Of a stretch of 64,000 bases of DNA, positions 34,359 to 44,184 are shown one piece after another (positions within the stretch are counted from its first letter, which is position 1; the number at the start of each line of letters is the position of its first letter). The notes under the pieces are model-generated. The model searched no databases. It saw only the letters and a list, made by a program, of their open reading frames with translations, and was not told where the DNA came from. The DNA lies in NCBI GenBank assembly GCA_030697645.1, contig JAUYPI010000006.1, positions 76,017 through 140,016 on the forward strand, in the 5' to 3' direction. Origin of the DNA: a bacterium (GTDB taxonomy: Bacteria > Patescibacteriota > Minisyncoccia > Phycocordibacterales > VMGT01). The position numbers and the translations under genes are program-made.

Positions 34359-37300
34359 TCACAGCGCTTTCACCGCCTCCGCGATCATGCTCACCGTACC
34401 GTTGCGGTTTGACATGCGGCCCTTGATCGCGATGCAGCGCTCGGGTTCGAGGTGCTCGCGGCATTCGGTGAGCGTTCGGGGGAAAAAGACAACCTCGATC
34501 GAACCCGAGAGATCGGCAATGGTGGCAAAGAGCATTTTTTCGCCGTTCTTCGTGAACACTTGTTTCGTGTTCTCGACGAGTCCGGCAGCAACCGCGAGCA
34601 TACCCTCGCGGAGCTCCGTCTTCATGCGACGGATGTCAGTGCCACGACGCTCGAGTCGCTCGCGGTAGCGATCAAGCGGATGCCCCGAGACATAGAGGCC
34701 GAGGAGCTCTTTTTCCCAGCGCAGGCGCTCGTCGGGAGCTGCGCTCGGCGCGTCCACGAGCCGCAGCTGCGGCACCGATGAGATGTCCTTCATGAGTGAA
34801 AATAGTGATCCCTGCGAGGTGCTCGCGCGCTCATGGTCGCGATTGTAGGTGAGCAGGTGCTCGATATTGGCACGCATCACGCCACGCTCGCCGAGCGCAT
34901 CCATCGCCCCGCAGCAGATCAGGGCTTCGAGCGATTTATGATTGAGCGTTCGGTCACGCACGCGCTCGAGGAAGTCTTGGAGTGTTTTGTACCCGCCGCC
35001 GCGCTCTCGCGCGGCGATGATCGAGTCGGCGATCCCCTCGCCAAAGTTTTTAATCGTATAGAGGCCAAAGCGGATTTTACCTCTCTCAAGCGATGGATCG
35101 ACGATCGTAAAACCGCCAAAGCTCTCATTGACATCCGGCGGCAGCACCGCGATCCCCATACGTTTGCACTCGGCAATGATCTCGGCGACCTTTTCAACGT
35201 CGCCGGATTCTGCGGTGAGCACCGCGCTCATGTACTCGACAGGAAAGTTCGCTTTCATGTAGGCGGTCTGGTAGGCGACTTTCCCGTAACTTGCCGCATG
35301 GGCGCGATTAAATCCGTATCCCTGGAACGGCTCGAAGAGCTTCCACAGGCCTTCGGCACTCTCTCGCGTCATTTCGGAGTGCTTCATGCAACCCTCGACG
35401 AATATCACATGCTGCTTCGCCATTTCCTCCGGAATTTTTTTACCGACCGCTTTTCGAAATCGGTCGACAGACTCCCAATTGTAGCCAGCAAGTTCGATCG
35501 CGGTAAACAGGAGGTCCTCTTGGTAGACGAGAATGCCGAGTGAGCGTTCAAGAAAGGTTTGCATTTTTGGGTGGTAGTACGTAACCGGCTTTTTCCCGCG
35601 CTTGCGGGCTATGTATTCCGGAATGTTCGCCATCGGACCCGGGCGATAGAGCGCGACCATGGCGTTGATGTCATGGATTGTCGAGGGTTTGAGGTCTATA
35701 AGATAGTGGGTCATGGCTTCTCCGGAGAGTTGGAAGAGGCCCACGGTTTCTCCACGTGCGAGCATACGGTAAGTTTTTGCGTCATCAAGTGGCAGGTTTT
35801 CTATATCGATGGCGGCGCCATTCATTTTTTTTGTCTGGTCGACGGAGTCAGCAAGTATCGAGAGATTTCTAATGCCGAGAAAGTCAAACTTCGGAAGGCC
35901 CGCATCCTCGACCGCATACATGTCGTATTGCGTAATGATTTTGCCTCCCTTAGGATCACGCTGGAGGGGGACATAATCGGTTAACGGTGTCGGAGAGATG
36001 ACGACACCGGCAGCATGAACACTCACATGCCGCACACAGCCCTCGAGTTTTTTCCCGAGATCAATGACTTCCCGTGCCTCCGCGTCGTCCGTGTACATTT
36101 TTTTGAGATCCGGCTCCATCTCAAACGCTCGATCAATCGTCATGGGAAAGCCCTGCGAGCCCATGGGGACTGCTCGCGCGATCTTGTCGCCCAAGGCATA
36201 GGGTTTGCCGAGCGCGCGCGCAACGTCGCGAACGACTCCACGCGCGAGCATGGTGCCGAAGGTGCCGATTTGTGCCACCTGTGTCTCGCCGTACTTTTTC
36301 CTGGCGTAGTCGATGACTTCGTCGCGGCGGTTGTCGGCGAAATCCATGTCAATATCCGGCGGTGATGGCCGCTGTGGGTTGAGGAATCGTTCAAAGGGGA
36401 GTTGCAAGGCGATCGGATCGACGTTCGTGATGCCGGTGAGGAACCCGACCATAGATCCGGCCGCCGACCCGCGCGTTGTGGTGAGGATGCCGTTTTGATG
36501 AGCGAAGCGAAGCAGATCGGCAACAACGAGAATGTAGGAGGTGTAGCCCTTGGTGTCAATGATGTTTAGTTCGTATTCGATACGCTCGAGGGCCTCGCGG
36601 TTCAGATCGAGATTACGCTCGTGCAGTCCTTTGATGGTCATGGCACGAAGTGCGGCGTACGGGGCCATGTTTCCCTCTGGTGTAAAGGATGGAAATGAGA
36701 GCTTGCCGAGCTCAAGTTCGATGGCACACCGCTCGGCAATTCTCGATGTGTTCTCCACCGCCTCAGGCAGAGCAGCGAACGCGCGATACGCGTCTTCGGT
36801 ACTTATGAACGAAAAGTCCTCCTCGCCGCGGAAGAGGTCGCTTTCGCCGACATCGTTCTGCGTTTGGACGGCAAGCAGCGTCTGGTGCGCACGTTTGTCG
36901 TCGCGGTCGAGGTAGTGGGAGTCCTGGGTTAGGACGAGCGGGATCTCGAGCTTATGCGCAAGGGAGACGAGTTCCTGTGTCAACTTCTGCTGTCCTGCAA
37001 CTCCGGGATGGTGCATGATTTCGATGAAGTAATTTTCTGGCCCGAAAATGTCGCGGTACTCGCGCGCAACCCGCTCCGCATCCTCTACTCCGCGGTTCGT
37101 GAGGGTACGTGCGAGCTCGCCCGCCATGCACCCTGAGAGCGTGATGAGTCCATCGCGGTGCGTGGCAAGAAGCTCTTTGTCCACGCGCGGTTTGTAGTAA
37201 AGCCCCTCGAGATTCGCTTTCGTAACGAGCAGGAGGAGATTTTTGTAACCAGCGATATTTTTTGCGAGAAGCGTGAGGTGAAAACGGTGGTTGTCAATGC

Positions 37301-37544
37301 GCGGCTCTTTATCAGTGCGGCTGCGCGCGGCCACATATGCCTCGACGCCGATAATCGGATTGATGTCGTGTTGCTTGCATTCTTTATAAAATTCGATTGC
37401 GCCATACAGATTGCCATGGTCAGTAAGCGCGAGCGCGGGCATTTTGTAGCGTGCTGCGCGTGCTACAAGGTCGGGGATTTTCGATAGTCCATCGAGGAGC
37501 GAGTAGTGACTGTGGGTGTGGAGGTGGATAAAAGGAGCGGGCAT
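34359..37544 (-). CDS. dnaE: DNA polymerase III alpha subunit
   Basis: N-terminal PHP FIHLHTHSHYSLLDG. Pol IIIa core motifs. C-terminal OB-fold. 1061 aa. Confidence 0.9.
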   Translation of the reverse strand: MPAPFIHLHTHSHYSLLDGLSKIPDLVARAARYKMPALALTDHGNLYGAIEFYKECKQHDINPIIGVEAYVAARSRTDKEPRIDNHRFHLTLLAKNIAGYKNLLLLVTKANLEGLYYKPRVDKELLATHRDGLITLSGCMAGELARTLTNRGVEDAERVAREYRDIFGPENYFIEIMHHPGVAGQQKLTQELVSLAHKLEIPLVLTQDSHYLDRDDKRAHQTLLAVQTQNDVGESDLFRGEEDFSFISTEDAYRAFAALPEAVENTSRIAERCAIELELGKLSFPSFTPEGNMAPYAALRAMTIKGLHERNLDLNREALERIEYELNIIDTKGYTSYILVVADLLRFAHQNGILTTTRGSAAGSMVGFLTGITNVDPIALQLPFERFLNPQRPSPPDIDMDFADNRRDEVIDYARKKYGETQVAQIGTFGTMLARGVVRDVARALGKPYALGDKIARAVPMGSQGFPMTIDRAFEMEPDLKKMYTDDAEAREVIDLGKKLEGCVRHVSVHAAGVVISPTPLTDYVPLQRDPKGGKIITQYDMYAVEDAGLPKFDFLGIRNLSILADSVDQTKKMNGAAIDIENLPLDDAKTYRMLARGETVGLFQLSGEAMTHYLIDLKPSTIHDINAMVALYRPGPMANIPEYIARKRGKKPVTYYHPKMQTFLERSLGILVYQEDLLFTAIELAGYNWESVDRFRKAVGKKIPEEMAKQHVIFVEGCMKHSEMTRESAEGLWKLFEPFQGYGFNRAHAASYGKVAYQTAYMKANFPVEYMSAVLTAESGDVEKVAEIIAECKRMGIAVLPPDVNESFGGFTIVDPSLERGKIRFGLYTIKNFGEGIADSIIAARERGGGYKTLQDFLERVRDRTLNHKSLEALICCGAMDALGERGVMRANIEHLLTYNRDHERASTSQGSLFSLMKDISSVPQLRLVDAPSAAPDERLRWEKELLGLYVSGHPLDRYRERLERRGTDIRRMKTELREGMLAVAAGLVENTKQVFTKNGEKMLFATIADLSGSIEVVFFPRTLTECREHLEPERCIAIKGRMSNRNGTVSMIAEAVKAL

Positions 37545-37554
37545 GGTGAGGGTA

Positions 37555-37770
37555 GTATACTACACTTTGATAATAGACCTCTCACAACACAAAACACAAA
37601 CAAAGCACAAATCCAAAAGCCACAAAACACAAACACGTAGTGCAACCGTTTTGGTTTTGGAATTTGTGTTTTGATGTTTTGTTTGTGCTTTGTAATTTTG
37701 GCTTTGGGCTTTCGTTTGTTTTGTTTCGAATTTCGCTATTCAAATTTGTGCTTTTTACAAGCTAACAGCC
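37555..37770. repeat. Intergenic k-mer palindromic element (caaaacacaaa / tttgtgttttg family)
   Basis: caaaacacaaacaaagcacaaatccaaaagccacaaaacacaaacacg...cgttttggttttggaatttgtgttttgatgttttgtttgtgctttg: arms built from the same k-mers in opposite orientation. Confidence 0.65.
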
Positions 37771-37775
37771 ATAAG

Positions 37776-39347
37776 CTACGAGCTCGCATGGTGCCCCAGC
37801 GCCGCGCGGATTTTGCGCTTGGCGAGGCCGGTTTTCACAAAGGCGAGCCACTTCCGCGTCGGCCGGGCGAATTCTCGGGTCTCGATCTCGACGATGTCGC
37901 CGTTGTGAAGTGCGGTGTCAAGTGAGACAAGCTTACCATTTACTTTGACGCCCGAGGCGTGGTCTCCGATTTCAGAGTGAATTGCATAGGCGAAGTCAAG
38001 GGGCCCGGCGCCAAGCGGCAGATCAACCACGTCGCCCTGCGGCGTGAAGACGAACACGCGGTGACTGAAGAAATCGGCTCGGAGGTGCTCGAGAAATTCT
38101 TTCGGGTCGCTGACGTCGGCTTGCGCCTCCGCGAGCTCGCGGAGCCACTCAGGGGTCGCGGGGCTCGCTACGGCGAGCGACGGTTCGTTCGCGCGCGCGT
38201 TTTGGAACCAGTAGCGGTATGAGAGGCGCTGTCCGATCCACGCGAGATGCGTGAGAAGCGAGCGGCTGTCGCCGCCTTCCTTGTAGAGAAAGTGCGAGGC
38301 GATCCCGTATTCCGCTCTCCGATGCATCTCCTCGGTGCGGATTTGAATCTCGACAACGCCGCCGCCCCCTGTGAAGATCGTGGTGTGGAGTGAGCGATAG
38401 CCGTTCGGCTTCGGGAACGCGATGTAGTCTTTGATGCGCCCCGGGAGCGGCCGCCATGTTTTGTGGACAATCCCGAGCGCGCGGTAGCAGTCCTCAACCG
38501 TGGGTACGATGATCCGGAGCGCTGAGATGTCGTACACTTTGTTGATATCCATGTCTTTGCGCTCGAGCTTGCGAAAGAGGGAATAGAGCCCCTTCAGCCG
38601 GAATGACGTCTGTGCCTCGCGGATGCCATCGAGCGCGAGATTTTTTTGGAGCGTCCGATGCACCCCTCTGAGGTGTGCTGCGGTTTCGGCGTCTTTTTCC
38701 TTGAGCAGCGCCGTTACGTGCTCGTACTCTTTCGGGTAGACGAAGGGAAAGGCGAGGTCCTCGAGGTCGCGGTTCAGCGCCCGCATGCCGAGGCGGTAAG
38801 CGAGCGGCGCGTAGATCTCGAGCGTCTCCTCGGCGATGCGTCGGCGTTTGTGTGCCGGCACATGCTCGAGCGTTTGCATGTTGTGCAGGCGATCCGCGAA
38901 CTTGATGATGAGGACGCGGATATCGCGCGCGACCGCGACAAAGAGCTTGCGCAGGCTCTCGACGTGGCGCGTCAGGCCGCGGTATTTGAGGGTCCCGAGC
39001 TTCGTGACCCCTTCAACGAGCGAGAGTATCTCGTCGCCAAATTCCGCGCGTACATCCTCAGCGGTCGCCGGCGTGTCCTCGATCACGTCGTGGAGGAGCC
39101 CCGCGGCGATCGTCTTCGCGCCCATGCCGAACTCGGCGAGTGTCTTTGCCACGGCAAAGACATGCGTGAAGTACGGCTCGCCAGAGAAACGCAGATGTCC
39201 CTCATGCGAGCGCTCCGCAAACCCGTAGGCCTTCTCAATGAGCGCGACGTCGTCTTTCGACGGTTCGCGTATGAGGGAAGTTATGTCCTTGACAGATGGC
39301 ATAGGGGCAGCACACTCATGTAACATTTGACATGTAACATTTGACAC
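37776..39347 (-). CDS. rel: Bifunctional (p)ppGpp synthetase/hydrolase (RelA/SpoT family)
   Basis: HD hydrolase motif GLLHDVIEDT. Synthetase domain RIKDYIAFPKPNGYRSLHT. TGS region. 523 aa (no ACT domain). Confidence 0.85.
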   Translation of the reverse strand: MSNVTCQMLHECAAPMPSVKDITSLIREPSKDDVALIEKAYGFAERSHEGHLRFSGEPYFTHVFAVAKTLAEFGMGAKTIAAGLLHDVIEDTPATAEDVRAEFGDEILSLVEGVTKLGTLKYRGLTRHVESLRKLFVAVARDIRVLIIKFADRLHNMQTLEHVPAHKRRRIAEETLEIYAPLAYRLGMRALNRDLEDLAFPFVYPKEYEHVTALLKEKDAETAAHLRGVHRTLQKNLALDGIREAQTSFRLKGLYSLFRKLERKDMDINKVYDISALRIIVPTVEDCYRALGIVHKTWRPLPGRIKDYIAFPKPNGYRSLHTTIFTGGGGVVEIQIRTEEMHRRAEYGIASHFLYKEGGDSRSLLTHLAWIGQRLSYRYWFQNARANEPSLAVASPATPEWLRELAEAQADVSDPKEFLEHLRADFFSHRVFVFTPQGDVVDLPLGAGPLDFAYAIHSEIGDHASGVKVNGKLVSLDTALHNGDIVEIETREFARPTRKWLAFVKTGLAKRKIRAALGHHASS

Positions 39348-39400
39348 GACGACGGGCGTTCTAGGTCAAATGTCAACGGTCAATTGTCAAATGTTCGACC
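39300..39400. repeat. Intergenic k-mer palindromic element (catgtaacatttgaca family)
   Basis: catgtaacatttgacatgtaacatttgacacgacgacgggcg...ggtcaaatgtcaacggtcaattgtcaaatgttcg. Overlaps the rel start codon. Confidence 0.55.
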
Positions 39401-39419
39401 GGACTTAGCCCCCTGCTGC

Positions 39420-41705
39420 TTATTGCTCGTTGCCTGTTGCTCGTCCGCCCGGCCGGTGATTTGCACACTCTTTATTACTGCAGCGCTCAGGAATGGTTTT
39501 CGTCCCCTCCATCATGAGTGAGCCGCAGAGGGGGCAGATGCGGCCGGTTGGTTTTGCTTTGATTGCATGTTTGCACGCGGGGTAGTTTGAACAGCCGTAG
39601 AAGAGTCCGAATTTCCCGCGCCGCTCCGCCATCTCGCCCTTGCCGCATTTTGGACAAGGAACGCCCGTGCTTGTCGCTTGCTGCGTGCTGCTTGCCGCCT
39701 TTTTAATATACTTGCACTTCGGATACTTGCCGCACCCAACAAACTTTCCAAATTTTCCATCGCGTTCGACAAGCGCGCCGCCGCACTCGGGGCAGCGCTC
39801 GCCGGTCTCCTGGGGCGGCTTCACCTCCTCGCCGTGCTCCGACCGCGCGCCTTCGCATTCGGGAAACCTGCTACAGCTCATGAACGTGCCGGAGCGGCTG
39901 AGCTTCATCACCATGGCGCTCCCGCAGGTCGGGCAGCGAAATTGCTTTGGTGCGGGACCGAGATCCGTGAGCCGCGGGACGTTCTGTCTTGCCGCGACGT
40001 CCTTGCTAAACGGCGTGTAGAAATCGGCAAGCGTCTTGGCATACTCGCGCGCTCCGCGCGCGATATCGTCGAGTTCATCCTCCATCTTCGAGGTGAAGGT
40101 ATCGCTTATGTAGGAGGCAAAATTTTTCTCGAGGAACGTGCTTACGACATCGCCCATCGCGGTGGGCTTCAGTGACCGGCCTTCTTTCTCGACGTATTCG
40201 CGATCCTGGATCGTCTTGATGATGGAGGCGTATGTCGAAGGCCTGCCGATGCCGCGTTTTTCAAGTTCCTTCACGAGCCCCGCTTCGCTGTAGCGTGGCG
40301 GGGGCTGCGTTTGTTTGCCCTCGCTCTCGAGCGAGCGGAGAGTGAGTGGTTCCTCGCGAGCGACTTTCGGAAGCTCGATGTCCTCGCCGCGCGAGGCCGG
40401 GTCCGCGGCGAGCCAGCCGTCAAATTTTGTGCGGGAGCCAATGGCAGAAAATGCGGGAACGTCTTTTGCTTCTATGGGTACTGCGACGCGCGCCGTAATT
40501 TTCGTCTTGATGAGCTCGGCCGCGGCCATCTGGCTTGCGAGCGTACGTGCGCGGATCAGCGCGTAGAGGCGTTTTTGCTCTTCGGTAGCGCCTGCGGATG
40601 CGCGCGTGATGTCCGTCGGACGGATCGCCTCGTGCGCTTCCTGCGCGCTTTTGCTCGTGGTTTTATACTGTCGCAGCGTGACATACCGCTCGCCGAATTT
40701 CTTGGTGACAGCTGCGCCGATTGAGCTCCGGGCTTCCTCTGCGAGCGTCGTCGAATCGGTGCGCATGTAGGTGATGTGCCCCTGCTCATAGAGCTGCTGC
40801 GCAGTGCGCATGGTGCGCGCCGGGGAGAAGCCGAGCCGCGAGCTTGCGGCCTGCTGGAGGGTCGAGGTCGTGAACGGAGAGCGCGGGGCCCGAGACGTTT
40901 CCGTCTCGAGTACCTCGGCGACAATCCAGCTGCCGCTGCGGCCGACTTTGAGTATTCGCTCCGCCTCCTCGCGGGTCTTTGGCTCCTCGACGCACACGAG
41001 CGTCATGCCACTCCCTTTTTTTGTCGCACAGAGCGCGGTGAGCACCCAGTAGTTCTCCGGCACGAACGCGCGGATCTCTCGCTCGCGCTCGACGAGAATA
41101 CGCAGGGCAGGGGACTGCACTCGGCCTGCCGAGAGCCCGTAGCGGAGCTTCTTCCAGAGTAGGCCCGAGAGGTCGTAGCCGACGAGGCGGTCGAGGACTC
41201 TGCGCGCCTCCTGCGCCCTGACGAGCCGCTCGTCAATATCTCGCGGATGCGCGAGCGCTTCTTTCACTGCGCGCTCCGTAATTTCGTGGAAGACCACACG
41301 TTTAACGTTTGGAATTTGGAATTTGGAATTTGGAATTTGTTTGGAGCTTGTTTTTTGGAATTTGGAATTTCCGAGGCCGAGCGCCTCGGCGACGTGCCAC
41401 GCGATCGCCTCGCCCTCTCGATCCGGGTCGGTCGCAAGCAGCACTTCGTCCGCTTTTTTTGCTGCAGCTTTGAGATCGGCGATAACTTTTGTTTTCTCCG
41501 GGATGATTTCGTAGTGCGGCGCGAATCCGTGCGCAATGTCCACCGCGTTTTCATTCTTCTTCGGCAGATCACGCACATGGCCCACCGAGGCCTTGACGCT
41601 GTAGCCCGGCCCCAGGTATTTGCTGATCGTTTTCGATTTTGCAGGAGATTCGACGATGACGAGTTTCATACGAGCAGTATGCAGCGTGCAGCAGGCAGTA
41701 AGCAA
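39420..41705 (-). CDS. topA: DNA topoisomerase I with C-terminal zinc ribbons; contains an in-frame repeat-derived insertion
   Basis: Toprim MKLVIVESPAKSKTISKYLG. Active-site region. C-terminal CPTCGS/CPECGG/CPKCGKG/CPLCGS zinc fingers. Confidence 0.85.
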   Translation of the reverse strand: MLTACCTLHTARMKLVIVESPAKSKTISKYLGPGYSVKASVGHVRDLPKKNENAVDIAHGFAPHYEIIPEKTKVIADLKAAAKKADEVLLATDPDREGEAIAWHVAEALGLGNSKFQKTSSKQIPNSKFQIPNVKRVVFHEITERAVKEALAHPRDIDERLVRAQEARRVLDRLVGYDLSGLLWKKLRYGLSAGRVQSPALRILVEREREIRAFVPENYWVLTALCATKKGSGMTLVCVEEPKTREEAERILKVGRSGSWIVAEVLETETSRAPRSPFTTSTLQQAASSRLGFSPARTMRTAQQLYEQGHITYMRTDSTTLAEEARSSIGAAVTKKFGERYVTLRQYKTTSKSAQEAHEAIRPTDITRASAGATEEQKRLYALIRARTLASQMAAAELIKTKITARVAVPIEAKDVPAFSAIGSRTKFDGWLAADPASRGEDIELPKVAREEPLTLRSLESEGKQTQPPPRYSEAGLVKELEKRGIGRPSTYASIIKTIQDREYVEKEGRSLKPTAMGDVVSTFLEKNFASYISDTFTSKMEDELDDIARGAREYAKTLADFYTPFSKDVAARQNVPRLTDLGPAPKQFRCPTCGSAMVMKLSRSGTFMSCSRFPECEGARSEHGEEVKPPQETGERCPECGGALVERDGKFGKFVGCGKYPKCKYIKKAASSTQQATSTGVPCPKCGKGEMAERRGKFGLFYGCSNYPACKHAIKAKPTGRICPLCGSLMMEGTKTIPERCSNKECANHRPGGRATGNEQ
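41306..41372. repeat. ttggaattt-family k-mer repeat inserted in frame inside topA
   Basis: gtttggaatttggaatttggaatttggaatttgtttggagcttgttttttggaatttggaatttcc, coding GNSKFQKTSSKQIPNSKFQIPNVK on the minus strand. Confidence 0.65.
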
Positions 41706-41841
41706 GCGTCGTGTGCTTGCTGCATGCTGCTAATCGCTTGCTGCTTGTAACAATTACTACAGTTCCTTCGCCTTGGCAAATAAATAAAGTCTCCGACCAC
41801 AGACGTTTGTGATCGGAGACGCATATACGGAAGTCGCTGGT

Positions 41842-42087
41842 TCACTTGATCTCGGCTGCCTCCTCATTTTTTTGGTCGAATTCATGCGCAGCCGCGAGGG
41901 CCATACCGAGAAAAGTGAATCCGAAAATGAAACAGCCTATGACCATGAACGGACTCATGGGCCAAAAACTTGAGAAGTAACCTACTACTGATGTGGCGAC
42001 ACTCACGAAAAATATGCTACAGGACGCCAGGACGAGCGTCTTGTACAGGTCTACCCCACAGTGCGAACACGAGCGGTCTTTCATCAC
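41842..42087 (-). CDS. Small membrane protein (81 aa, two TM helices)
   Basis: Hydrophobic helices VLASCSIFFVSVATSVVGYF and VIGCFIFGFTFLGMALAAA. Confidence 0.35.
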   Translation of the reverse strand: MMKDRSCSHCGVDLYKTLVLASCSIFFVSVATSVVGYFSSFWPMSPFMVIGCFIFGFTFLGMALAAAHEFDQKNEEAAEIK

Positions 42088-42185
42088 AAACCCTCCGGAG
42101 TTGTTGCATATATATTGGGCGCACGGTGTTGCTTGGATGCTTCTTCTGGCAATGAGTAAATCATCTATGCTACCATTGTGTCAAC

Positions 42186-43133
42186 ATGACGCCAATCATC
42201 GAAGTCGAACACCTTATCAAACGCTACCGGAAAGCCACCAAAAACGCCGTGGATGATATTTCGTTCTCGGTCGCGGAGGGCGAGTTTTTTGCCCTCCTCG
42301 GGCCAAACGGGGCGGGGAAGACGACGACGATCTCTGTCCTTACGACGACGCTCGCCAAAACCTCGGGTCGGGTGTTGATTGCGGGCTTTGACCTCGAGCG
42401 CGACGAGCACGCGATCCGCCGCGCCTCCGGCGTGGTTTTCCAGGGCTCCTGCGTGGATCTCAACCTCACGGCGGAGGAGAACATCCGTTTCCACGCATTT
42501 CTCTACGGGCTCTATCCGTTTCGTCCGCTCTACGCGCTGATGCCGCGCAGCTATCGCGCCCGGGTGCATGAGCTCGCCGAGCTCATGGGAATTACCGCGG
42601 CTCTTTTTCAGCCGATGCACACCTTCTCCGGCGGCATGCGTCGCAAGCTCGAGCTCGTACGCTCTCTGATGCACCGCCCCAAGGTGCTCTTTCTCGACGA
42701 GCCGACTGCGGGGCTTGATCCCCTAAGCCGCCGCGCGCTCTGGAGCTATCTCGCCGACATCCGCAAGCGCGAGCGCGTCACGATACTTCTCACGACGCAC
42801 TACCTCGAGGAGGCAGAGAGCGCTGACAACGTCGCGATCATCAACGATGGAAAAATCGTTACGTACGGAACGCCGAAAGAGCTCACGCGCACCCTGCTCG
42901 GGGACACGCTTATTGTAGACGCCGTTGACCGCGGCTCTCTCCGTAGCGCGCTTCTAAAATTCACCAACCGCGTGAGCGAAACGCCGCCGTTTCGCGTTGC
43001 TTTGAGTAAGGACCTACGTGCGCAAGACGTCGTCCGTTCGCTCTCTGTGGAGCTGACGCTATTCGATATTGAACGGCCGACGCTGGAAGACGCATATCTT
43101 AAAATTATTGGGAGCGATACAGATGCGTCATGA
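42186..43133 (+). CDS. ABC transporter ATP-binding protein
   Basis: Walker A GPNGAGKTTT. Signature FSGGMRRKLEL. Walker B VLFLDEPTAGLD. Confidence 0.8.
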   Translation: MTPIIEVEHLIKRYRKATKNAVDDISFSVAEGEFFALLGPNGAGKTTTISVLTTTLAKTSGRVLIAGFDLERDEHAIRRASGVVFQGSCVDLNLTAEENIRFHAFLYGLYPFRPLYALMPRSYRARVHELAELMGITAALFQPMHTFSGGMRRKLELVRSLMHRPKVLFLDEPTAGLDPLSRRALWSYLADIRKRERVTILLTTHYLEEAESADNVAIINDGKIVTYGTPKELTRTLLGDTLIVDAVDRGSLRSALLKFTNRVSETPPFRVALSKDLRAQDVVRSLSVELTLFDIERPTLEDAYLKIIGSDTDAS

Positions 43134-43134
43134 T

Positions 43135-43265
43135 TACGAATGTCAAAGTTCAAAACGCAAGCAAAGTCAAAAGTCAAAACGCAAAAGTCAAAACCGCAGC
43201 CTCAAAGTCAAAAGTTTGAAAGGTTTTAGGCTGTGGTTTTGAGCTTTGACTTTTGCGTTTTGACT
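43135..43265. repeat. Intergenic k-mer palindromic element (gtcaaaagtcaaaacgcaaa family) forming a long hairpin
   Basis: gtcaaaacgcaaaagtcaaaaccgcagcctcaaag...aggctgtggttttgagctttgacttttgcgttttgac. Confidence 0.65.
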
Positions 43266-43277
43266 TGGCTTGTAGCA

Positions 43278-44099
43278 ATGCTCAGGATTATAGCGCGCGC
43301 CTGTACCGTCTTTACCATGCTATTTCACTTTAATGCTATTGTCGCCATTGCCTTCCGCGACCTCACGAAGCTCTTTCGAGACCGAATCCGTCTCGTGGCT
43401 TCATTTGTGTTCCCGTTCATGTTTATCGGGGTCCTTGGTGGCGGGCTCAATGCGAGCTTCGGCGATCGGCTCGGGTTTCAATTTTTGCCGTTTGTGTTTG
43501 TTGGCGTTCTCGCGCAGACGATGTTCCAGTCCTCTGCCGCGGGCGTGATCTCTCTCATCCGCGACCGTGAGACAGACTTCAGCAAGGAGCTTTTCGTGGC
43601 ACCGATTTCTCGCTACGGCATCGTGCTTGGAAAAATCATCGGGGAATCGCTCGTCTCGCTCACGCAGGGAGTGGGTATTGTCGCGTTCGGGCTCATTATC
43701 GGTGTGCCGATTACACTCGCCGCGCTCGCCGCGATGGCGCCGGTTGCGTTCATTTCGGCGCTTTTTGGCGGCGCGTTCGGCATACTCGTGCTCGGCAACG
43801 TCCGCGAGCAGCGCACAACTGCTCAGCTCTTCCCATTTCTCATCTTCCCGCAGTTCATCCTCGCCGGCGTTTTCAACCCAATCAAGGATCTGCCTCCGGT
43901 GGCCGCGTGGCTCTCGCGGATCACGCCGATGACCTACCCCGTTGATCTCATGCGCGGCGTGTTCTACTCGGGCAGTACCGAGAGAGTCTTTGCAGTAAGC
44001 AGGCACCCACTCGCAAATATCACAATCATCGTCGTGCTGTTCGGAGTGTTTCTTCTCCTCGGCACGTGGCTTTTTGTCAGGAAGGAGAGAGAACGATGA
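43278..44099 (+). CDS. ABC-2 type transporter permease
   Basis: Six TM helices. Start at ATG 43278, after the palindromic element. Confidence 0.6.
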   Translation: MLRIIARACTVFTMLFHFNAIVAIAFRDLTKLFRDRIRLVASFVFPFMFIGVLGGGLNASFGDRLGFQFLPFVFVGVLAQTMFQSSAAGVISLIRDRETDFSKELFVAPISRYGIVLGKIIGESLVSLTQGVGIVAFGLIIGVPITLAALAAMAPVAFISALFGGAFGILVLGNVREQRTTAQLFPFLIFPQFILAGVFNPIKDLPPVAAWLSRITPMTYPVDLMRGVFYSGSTERVFAVSRHPLANITIIVVLFGVFLLLGTWLFVRKERER

Positions 44100-44184
44100 C
44101 AGAGGACGCGCCTGCACGAAATCAGAAGCACGAAGCTCGAAATCCGAAACAATATCGAAATCACTGCCTGCGGCAGGCAGGCAA

